Positions 39,318 to 47,138 of a DNA stretch of 64,000 bases are shown in pieces. Each line of letters starts with the position of its first letter. The stretch's first letter is position 1. Where the stretch lies: positions 38,895 through 102,894 of the forward strand of contig JAZRQM010000081.1 in the NCBI GenBank assembly GCA_045649795.1. Reading direction: 5' to 3'. The notes beneath the pieces were generated by a model. The model made no database searches, was not told the origin of the DNA, and worked only from the letters and a program-made list of their open reading frames with translations. Position numbers and translations under genes: made by a program. This DNA comes from Candidatus Cryptobacteroides sp. (lineage in GTDB: Bacteria > Bacteroidota > Bacteroidia > Bacteroidales > UBA932).

Positions 39318-41672
39318 ATGAAAATCAATAGATTCATTCTTTCCGCAATTCTTATTGCATCAGCATGGAGTACGGACGCGCAGATTCCTGCGAAAGTGGA
39401 AAACTTTAACGTAACTGATGTCAGGCTTACTTCGGGCGCATTCAAACACGCCGAAGACATGGATCTCAGATACATCCTCGCGATGGATCCCGACAGGCTC
39501 CTCGCACCTTATCTTAAGGAAGCCGGACTTGAACCAAAGGCCGAAAACTACACCAACTGGGAGAATACAGGACTTGACGGACATGTCGGAGGCCATTATC
39601 TTTCAGCATTGGCTTATATGTATGCAGCCACAGGCGACCATGAGATCAAGGGCAGACTTGACTATTATATCTCTGAGCTGAAGCGCTGTGCAGATGCCAA
39701 CGGCAACGGATACCTCAGCGGTGTTTCAGACGGCAAGAACAGGATCTGGAAGGAAATCTCTGAAGGAAACATCCGCGCCGCATCATTCGGCCTCAATGAC
39801 GGATGGGTGCCGCTTTACAACATCCACAAGATCTACGCAGGCCTCCGAGATGCTTACCTCATCACAGGAAACAAGGATGCAAAGAAGATGTTCATAGATC
39901 TGACAGAATGGATGTACAATCTTGTATCAGGTCTCACTGACGAGCAGCTTCAGGATATGCTTCGAAGCGAGCACGGCGGTCTGAATGAAGTATTCGCCGA
40001 TGCTGCTGAATTGAGCGGCGACCCTAGGTTCATGGAACTCGCCAAGAGATTCTCGCACAAGGCTGTGCTTGAGCCTCTTCTTCGTGGCGAGGACAGGCTT
40101 ACAGGAATGCATGCAAATACTCAGATTCCGAAAGTGATCGGATATAAGCGAATCGCAGATCTGGAAGGCAACAAAGAGTGGGACAAGGCGGCTCAGTTCT
40201 TCTGGGACACCGTCGTCGAGAAGAGAAGCATCAGTATCGGAGGAAACAGCGTATTCGAGCATTTCCATCCATCAGAGGACTTCACAAGCATGCTTGAAAG
40301 CGAGCAGGGTCCAGAGACATGCAATACATATAACATGCTCAGACTCACCAAGTTGTTATACACAACAAGTGCGGATCCACACTACATGGACTACTATGAA
40401 AGGGCTCTTTACAACCATATCCTTTCTACAGTGAACCCTATCCAGGGAGGATTCGTATACTTCACTCCAATGCGTTCGGGACATTACCGCGTCTACTCAC
40501 AGCCACAGACAAGCTTCTGGTGCTGCGTGGGTTCCGGAATCGAGAATCATGCTCGTTACGGAGAGATGATCTACTCTCACAAGGGCAACGAGGAACTGAT
40601 CGTCAACCTCTTCATTCCTTCAAAACTCACTTGGGGAAAGACAGTTATCGAGCAGGTAAACGACTTCCCGGCAGAAGAAGGAACTACGCTCATCATCAAC
40701 CCTAAGAAAGCCTCAGAGTTCACAGTCAGCATCCGTATCCCTGAATGGACAGAGGGAGCACGCATGAATGCAAAGGTAAACGGCGATACTGTAAAGGCTG
40801 AGATTGAAGGCGGCTATCTCAAGATCGCCAGAAAGTGGGCGAAGGGAGACAAGCTGACCGTTGACCTCCCGATGTCTCTCAGAGCAGTCCAGTTGCCAGA
40901 CATGTCTGATAATTATTCGTTCATGTATGGTCCGGTAGTTCTTGCAGCATCACTCGGCAAGCACAATCAGCTCGGCATGTATGCTGACGACAGCCGTGGC
41001 GGACATATCGCAGCAGGCGAAAAACTTCCGCTTCATGAAATGCCGCTTATCGTAGGCGAAAAGGATGACATGCTTTCACGCATCACCAAGGTAGAAGGCA
41101 AGCCGCTTACTTTCAAGATGACCGGCCTCGCACCGCTCAAGTATAAGGAGCTTACTCTTGTACCGTTCTCATCTCTTCACGAGTGCAGATACATGGTATA
41201 TTGGCCGCTCGTATCAGAGGATGAATGGAAGGTAAGACTTGCTAAGCAGGAGGCAGACGAAAAGGCAAGAATCGCTGTCGAAATGTTTACTGCAGACAAG
41301 GTTACATGTGGAGAGCAGCAGCCTGAAAACGATCATTTTGCTGAAGTAGCCAACTCAAGAAACGGTAACGACAACAACCGTCACTGGAGAATGGCAGGTC
41401 CTGAAGGATGGTTCAGCTATGTAATGAATCCAAAGGGTCAGCCTGTACAGTATATCAGAATCGTATGTACCGGTCGCGAGGGAAGCGAAGCAGCAATCCT
41501 TGTAAATGGAGTTGAAGCAGGCAAACTGAAGACCATGGTTGCCGGTGAGGTAGAAACACACCTGATCGACATACCGGAAAGTCAGAAAAATGAAGGTTTG
41601 ATGACTGTGACAATCAAGGGAAGCGACGGAAAAGCGACCCCTAGACTCTTCGAAGTGAGACTTTACAAATAA
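39318..41672 (+). CDS. beta-L-arabinofuranosidase-like protein, GH127/GH146 family
   Basis: GHVGGHYLSA, SEHGGLNE, HANTQIPK, ETCNTYNMLRL, WCCVGSG. Confidence 0.9.
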   Translation: MKINRFILSAILIASAWSTDAQIPAKVENFNVTDVRLTSGAFKHAEDMDLRYILAMDPDRLLAPYLKEAGLEPKAENYTNWENTGLDGHVGGHYLSALAYMYAATGDHEIKGRLDYYISELKRCADANGNGYLSGVSDGKNRIWKEISEGNIRAASFGLNDGWVPLYNIHKIYAGLRDAYLITGNKDAKKMFIDLTEWMYNLVSGLTDEQLQDMLRSEHGGLNEVFADAAELSGDPRFMELAKRFSHKAVLEPLLRGEDRLTGMHANTQIPKVIGYKRIADLEGNKEWDKAAQFFWDTVVEKRSISIGGNSVFEHFHPSEDFTSMLESEQGPETCNTYNMLRLTKLLYTTSADPHYMDYYERALYNHILSTVNPIQGGFVYFTPMRSGHYRVYSQPQTSFWCCVGSGIENHARYGEMIYSHKGNEELIVNLFIPSKLTWGKTVIEQVNDFPAEEGTTLIINPKKASEFTVSIRIPEWTEGARMNAKVNGDTVKAEIEGGYLKIARKWAKGDKLTVDLPMSLRAVQLPDMSDNYSFMYGPVVLAASLGKHNQLGMYADDSRGGHIAAGEKLPLHEMPLIVGEKDDMLSRITKVEGKPLTFKMTGLAPLKYKELTLVPFSSLHECRYMVYWPLVSEDEWKVRLAKQEADEKARIAVEMFTADKVTCGEQQPENDHFAEVANSRNGNDNNRHWRMAGPEGWFSYVMNPKGQPVQYIRIVCTGREGSEAAILVNGVEAGKLKTMVAGEVETHLIDIPESQKNEGLMTVTIKGSDGKATPRLFEVRLYK

Positions 41673-41689
41673 AGCTCGGAAACATATCT

Positions 41690-41726
41690 AAAAAGAAACA
41701 GGCGTCCTTCACAGGATGCCTGTTTC
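41690..41726 (-). terminator. Terminator between convergent GH127/146 and GH115 genes (GUGA tetraloop)
   Basis: Minus strand GAAACAGGCATCCT-GTGA-AGGACGCCTGTTTC-TTTTT. Confidence 0.85.
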
Positions 41727-41765
41727 ACACTAACCAACATAACAACCATTACTAATAATAATGAT

Positions 41766-44309
41766 TTATTTTCTTGAATGCGGAGATTCATTTCCCATCA
41801 GGTAAGAAGGAACATAACCTCCGAAATCGACCACAAACTTCTCAAATACGATACCAGGGTCAAGCGGCTCGACCACAAGCTCATAAACTCCTTCTGAGTC
41901 TGCAGGAAGAGCGAGCTCGATCTTCTCTACAGCTACCCTCTTCGCTACTGTAGGATAGTAGACAGAATAAATGTTCTCCGGCTTCTCATTAAGCTTGTCG
42001 TTGAAACAGCGCTCAACAGCCTCAGCACCCTTGAAACCAACCCTGTAGCTATGTCCTGCAGCATCATGGAAAGCAAGAGTGGACTTGGTTGCCACATGCA
42101 GGGTAACATTCTGAATACCAGCAGGAAGCTTAATCTTATAAGTAAGTGATGCGCCATCAACAGGGACTGTATACGGCATAAGAGCAACTCCTCCGAGTGT
42201 CCTTCCCATGTCCTCTATCAATGTCCATTTTCCCTCTGCGGAATCATTCGCTGCATATATATGCGGTGCCTCGATAGAGACATAACCAGCATCAGCACTG
42301 AAGGTAAATCCATCTGTAAGCGGCTTTGTATCCTCAATACGGAAAATACGTGGAAGCATGTCTTCAGGGAAATTGTCATTCCAGCTTCTGTAACCGATAT
42401 GCTTCTGGATCATCATGTCCTTCCACTTACCGTCTGCCATCACGTTATTATACTGATTGGTCAGGAATTTATCGCGTGCAAAACATGCCTCTACCTTATC
42501 TGCCCAATCATTAGCCGCAGGATCTCCCGCATTGTAAAGAGCATGGTTCATGGCCTGGGCATAGTACATCTCATAAAGGTTGGCCATTGCCTGAACCGGG
42601 AAGAGGATGAGCTGGAAATACGCATCACGCACTTCCTCTGGAAGAGTCATGTACTGCCTGAGTGCCTCAGCCTCAAGCTTGAGATATTCGTCTGACACCT
42701 GCTTCCACTCACCTGTCTCAAGATTGTATGTACGGCTGTCAAGCATTTCCGCAGTCACGCGGCCGTTATACTTGCTGTAAAGGTTAAGGATTCTCGCAGC
42801 TTCTGCAGCCTGGTCCTCGCCAAACTGCTGACGGCAGAAATCCACTGTATGTTCCTTAAGGTTTGCAGCATTGAAACGCTCAGGATTCCAAGCAATGTCA
42901 AGGAAGAGCGTGATCGGATACTCCATCGGCTTGAGGTCTCCGACATTCAATACCCAGAGGCGGTCAACACCATATGAATATGTAAGCTGCATCTGCTCCC
43001 AAAGATTCTGTACCGGAGTGACATTCAACCACTTGGAGTTACGAGGTGCTCCCACATAATCTACATGGTAATACATTCCCCATCCACCTTTACGCTTGAG
43101 TTCTTCAGCATTTGGAAGACGACGCACATCGCCCCAGTTATCGTCCGAGAGAAGGATCGTCACATCGTCAGGCACACGAAGACCTGCATCATAATAATCC
43201 TGAACTTCCTTATAAAGTGCCCATACCTGAGGGGTCTGGTCAGCTGGCTTCTTCGTCACCTTGCGGATGATCTTCCTCTGATTGTCAATCACCTTCTCAA
43301 GCAACGCAACGTCAGCCTCGGCACTCATAGCCTCGTCACCGTCACCTCTCATACCGATGGTAATGAGATCTTCCGTATTCTTTGCTCTCTCGATACCTTC
43401 AGTAAAGAATTTATCGATCACCTTCTTGTTTGTCGCATAGTTCCATGCGCCATACTCATTCCTCTTTCGTGCCCATTCCTGATGGTTTCGTGCCATCGGT
43501 TCATGGTGGGATGTACCCATGATCACTCCCATTTCATCAGCCACACGGCTGTTTTCCGGATCATCTGCATAGAATGCCCAGCTCCACATTGCCGGCCAGA
43601 GGAAGTTACCGCGAAGACGAAGGATAAGCTCGAATACCCTCTCATAGAAATTATGATCACCGTACTCGGTTCCATAAGTATGCTTCACCCAACCTGTAAG
43701 GCACGGAGCTTCATCATTGAGAAATATACCCCTGTATCTCACAGCAGGCTCACCTGCAGTGTAAGTACCTCGGGCGATGGAAAGATTCTCCTGCTTTGCT
43801 ACCGGAACATCAGCCCAATCGTACCAAGGCGATACTCCGATCTGCTCGGAAATCTCATAAATACCATACACAACACCACGTCTGTCACTTCCTGTTATGA
43901 CAAGTGCCTCCTTGATTCCGTCTATAGGATCAGAAACCGTACTTATCAGATATTTCTCAGTACAGCCGGCAAGCTGACCCACATCGATCTTACCACGTCC
44001 AGCAATCTCCTTGATAAGCGGAGAATCCAAGGTACCTATAATCAAAGCTGTACCTGCCTCGGTCTGACTTCCCATTGCCGGCTTCACGCCAGTAACTCGT
44101 AAAAAATCCTCCTGAAGGTTTCTGGCCGCATGAAGGACAGCCGGATTATCACTCTCTGAAACAAGCAATGACAATGGAATGCCTTCAGAAACAAGATTGA
44201 ATCGTTCAGATGACTTTACAGGAAGAGTTGCACCTGGATGATCTATGGCATCAACTCTGAAAACCGAAAGGATTGAAAGCGTAATTAGCGCAATAATATT
44301 TCTATACAT
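41766..44309 (-). CDS. GH115 alpha-glucuronidase
   Basis: GSDRRG, YRGIFLNDE, WPAMW, GTSHHEPM, GMRGDGD, DDNWG, YYHVDYVG, NVGDLKPME. Alternative start at 44315. Confidence 0.93.
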   Translation of the reverse strand: MYRNIIALITLSILSVFRVDAIDHPGATLPVKSSERFNLVSEGIPLSLLVSESDNPAVLHAARNLQEDFLRVTGVKPAMGSQTEAGTALIIGTLDSPLIKEIAGRGKIDVGQLAGCTEKYLISTVSDPIDGIKEALVITGSDRRGVVYGIYEISEQIGVSPWYDWADVPVAKQENLSIARGTYTAGEPAVRYRGIFLNDEAPCLTGWVKHTYGTEYGDHNFYERVFELILRLRGNFLWPAMWSWAFYADDPENSRVADEMGVIMGTSHHEPMARNHQEWARKRNEYGAWNYATNKKVIDKFFTEGIERAKNTEDLITIGMRGDGDEAMSAEADVALLEKVIDNQRKIIRKVTKKPADQTPQVWALYKEVQDYYDAGLRVPDDVTILLSDDNWGDVRRLPNAEELKRKGGWGMYYHVDYVGAPRNSKWLNVTPVQNLWEQMQLTYSYGVDRLWVLNVGDLKPMEYPITLFLDIAWNPERFNAANLKEHTVDFCRQQFGEDQAAEAARILNLYSKYNGRVTAEMLDSRTYNLETGEWKQVSDEYLKLEAEALRQYMTLPEEVRDAYFQLILFPVQAMANLYEMYYAQAMNHALYNAGDPAANDWADKVEACFARDKFLTNQYNNVMADGKWKDMMIQKHIGYRSWNDNFPEDMLPRIFRIEDTKPLTDGFTFSADAGYVSIEAPHIYAANDSAEGKWTLIEDMGRTLGGVALMPYTVPVDGASLTYKIKLPAGIQNVTLHVATKSTLAFHDAAGHSYRVGFKGAEAVERCFNDKLNEKPENIYSVYYPTVAKRVAVEKIELALPADSEGVYELVVEPLDPGIVFEKFVVDFGGYVPSYLMGNESPHSRK

Positions 44310-44475
44310 TCTCATAAAGACAAATTTTCGACAATGCAAAATTAGTCAATACGTGACACTATGTATTTATCATATGTTACAAATGGTTTAAAATACAATT
44401 CAGACTATATCAAAAATGACACAATTTGTATAAACTCGGTTACTTATATTTAATATATTCAACGAAATGTATATC

Positions 44476-44494
44476 TTTACATTTAAAATGTAAA
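44476..44494. promoter_or_regulatory. Perfect palindrome overlapping the putative GH3-operon promoter
   Basis: TTTACATTT-A-AAATGTAAA overlapping a TATCTTTA -7-like element (44472-44479). Confidence 0.5.
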
Positions 44495-44519
44495 CGCTGA
44501 TAACCATTCCCACTATACT

Positions 44520-47120
44520 ATGAAGCATTTCTTAACATCCTTAGCGCTTATGGCTGCATTAGCGACAGTTTCGTCAGCACAGGAAAGCCAGAAGGATAAC
44601 AAATTCAGAGATACATCGTTATCGTTTGAGGAGCGCGTAGAAAGCCTTATTTCAATTCTGACCCCCGAAGAAAAAGTCGGCCTGATGATGAACAAAGCCG
44701 TTTCTGTCGACAGGCTTGGAATCCCGTCCTACAACTGGTGGAGCGAGGCATGTCATGGAGTAGTAAAGGCCGGATATACCGTATATCCCCAGCCAATCGG
44801 TATGGCTGCAGCATTCAACCCGGAAATGATCTACGATGTCTTCACTCAGGTTTCAGACGAAGCCCGTGCAAACTGGAACAGATCGGAAAGAGAGTATAAC
44901 GTAGCGATGGGTGCAATCAACTACCCTGGCAATCCAGAGCTTACATTCTGGTGTCCTAACGTCAACATCGTACGTGACCCACGCTGGGGCCGAGGCCAGG
45001 AATCATATGGCGAGGACCCATACCTCAACTCGATCCTCGGAGTACAGAATGTGTTGGGAATGCAGGGAAATGACGACAAGTATTTCAAGACTCACGCTTG
45101 CGCCAAGCATTACGCCGTACACAGCGGTCCGGAGCCATTGAGACACACATACAATGCATCCGTATCAATGCGCGACCTATGGGAGACATACCTTCCTGCG
45201 TTCAAGGCCCTCGTCCAGAAGGGAAATGTACGTGAGGTAATGTGCGCATACAACCGATATGAGGGCGTTCCATGCTGCACCAGCGACCGTCTCCTTGTCG
45301 ACATTCTCCGTCGCAAGTGGGGTTTCGACGGCATCGTCCTCACAGACTGTGACGCCATCAACAATTTCTACAGAAAAGGCCAGCATGAGACCCATGCAGG
45401 TCCGCTTGAAGCTTCGGTCGATGCAGTCCTCAACGGTACTGACCTTGAGTGCGGAAGAGTGTTCCAGATCCTTCAGGAAGGACTTGAGAAAGGCCTCATC
45501 AAGGAAGATGTACTCGACGGCCACCTCCGCAGGACACTCTACGGCCGTTTCGAGCTCGGTATGTTCGATCCGGCGGAAATGCTTCCATGGGCAGGGCTCA
45601 CTCCTGACGTAATCAGCAGCGAAAAGCACCATCAGCTCGCCGTACAGGCAGCTAGAGAGTCAATGGTACTCCTCGAGAACAAGGGTGGTATCCTCCCTCT
45701 TGCAAAGAACCTCAAGAAGATTGCAGTCGTAGGACCTAACGCACACGACACAGCACTTCTCGACGGAAACTACGCAGGATCCCCTACTCCTGAGCATACT
45801 GCATCCCTTCTTGACGGCATCAGAAAGGCTGTTCCAGGAACGGAAGTTTATTACAATCCGGTATGCCCTCTCAACGATAACATCGTGACCATCACTCACC
45901 TCCACGAATTCAACAACGGAAAGGGTGTGTACGTTGAGTTCTACAACAACAAGAACCTTGAAGGCAATCCGGACGTTACCGGATACTACGACGCACTGAA
46001 TTTCTCAACATTCGGAGCATACGGCTTCGCTGACGGAGTGAACACAGAAGACCTTTCAATCCGCGTGACAGGAAAGTACACAGCCACTTTCACAGGTGAG
46101 ATGAAATACAACATCAACACTGACAACGGCTATCTCCTTAAGATAAACGGAGAAACAGTCGAGGAAGCTGCAGCAGGCGGTGGACGCGGAAGAAGAGGCG
46201 GAGCTCAGTACAAGAGCTTCAATGTTGTCGAGGGTCAGACATACGATGTCATGATCGAGTACAAGAGAGGTACAGACCATTTCGCTACGTTCAAGGCAGA
46301 TATCTGCGAGCGCAAGCCGGTTGAATATGAGACAGTTGCAAAGGATGTTGCGGATGCTGACGTGATCATCGTGATCGGAGGTATCTCGGCTCAGATGGAA
46401 GGCGAAGGCGGCGACAAGGCCACAATCGAGCTTCCGGAGGTTCAGAGAGGTCTTATCCGCGCGATGCATGCAACAGGCAAGCCAGTGGTAGTCGTGAACT
46501 GCTCAGGTTCTGCAATGGCATTCGGTTGCCTTGAGGGCCAGTATGACGCACTCATCCAGGCATGGTATCCTGGACAGGGCGGTTCACAGGCACTTGCTGA
46601 AGTTATCTTCGGTGACCACAATCCTGGCGGAAAGCTTCCTGTTACATTCTATGCATCGAACGACGATCTTCCAGATATCCTTGACTACAGCATGGAGAAC
46701 AGGACATACCGTTACTTCCGCGGAGTCCCTCAGTACGCATTCGGATATGGACTTTCATATACTACATTCGAAGTCGGCAAGGGAAAGATCTCAAAGAAAT
46801 CAATGAAGGCAGACGGTTCCGTTAAGGTTACCGTACCAGTAAAGAATACCGGCGACCGTGAAGGAACAGAGACAATCCAGGTTTATGTAAAGGCGCTGGA
46901 CTATGCTGAAGCTCCGATCAAGAGCCTCAAGGGCTTCAAGAAGGTAAGCCTCAAGCCGGGAGAAAGCACAAAAGCAGAAATCGTTCTCGACGGCGAGTCA
47001 TTCCAGTACTACGATCCTTCGATTGACGAACTTTCTACACGTTCAGGACGATATGAGATCCTCTATGGAACATCATCTCTTGACAAAGACCTCAAATCAC
47101 TCGGATTTATTGTAAAATAA
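44520..47120 (+). CDS. GH3 beta-xylosidase with PA14 insert and Fn3-like C-terminus
   Basis: WWSEACHG, RDPRWGRGQE, KHYAVHSGPE, VMCAYN, LTDCDAI, AWYPGQ, FGYGLSYT. Confidence 0.92.
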   Translation: MKHFLTSLALMAALATVSSAQESQKDNKFRDTSLSFEERVESLISILTPEEKVGLMMNKAVSVDRLGIPSYNWWSEACHGVVKAGYTVYPQPIGMAAAFNPEMIYDVFTQVSDEARANWNRSEREYNVAMGAINYPGNPELTFWCPNVNIVRDPRWGRGQESYGEDPYLNSILGVQNVLGMQGNDDKYFKTHACAKHYAVHSGPEPLRHTYNASVSMRDLWETYLPAFKALVQKGNVREVMCAYNRYEGVPCCTSDRLLVDILRRKWGFDGIVLTDCDAINNFYRKGQHETHAGPLEASVDAVLNGTDLECGRVFQILQEGLEKGLIKEDVLDGHLRRTLYGRFELGMFDPAEMLPWAGLTPDVISSEKHHQLAVQAARESMVLLENKGGILPLAKNLKKIAVVGPNAHDTALLDGNYAGSPTPEHTASLLDGIRKAVPGTEVYYNPVCPLNDNIVTITHLHEFNNGKGVYVEFYNNKNLEGNPDVTGYYDALNFSTFGAYGFADGVNTEDLSIRVTGKYTATFTGEMKYNINTDNGYLLKINGETVEEAAAGGGRGRRGGAQYKSFNVVEGQTYDVMIEYKRGTDHFATFKADICERKPVEYETVAKDVADADVIIVIGGISAQMEGEGGDKATIELPEVQRGLIRAMHATGKPVVVVNCSGSAMAFGCLEGQYDALIQAWYPGQGGSQALAEVIFGDHNPGGKLPVTFYASNDDLPDILDYSMENRTYRYFRGVPQYAFGYGLSYTTFEVGKGKISKKSMKADGSVKVTVPVKNTGDREGTETIQVYVKALDYAEAPIKSLKGFKKVSLKPGESTKAEIVLDGESFQYYDPSIDELSTRSGRYEILYGTSSLDKDLKSLGFIVK

Positions 47121-47138
47121 CACTAAAATAAACAACTA

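Noticed and set aside
43065-44102. 345-aa ORF antisense to GH115 (likewise 22210-23109 antisense to GH29 and many shorter ones)
   Set aside because: Shadow ORFs produced by the codon bias of the real gene; no motifs or expression signals.
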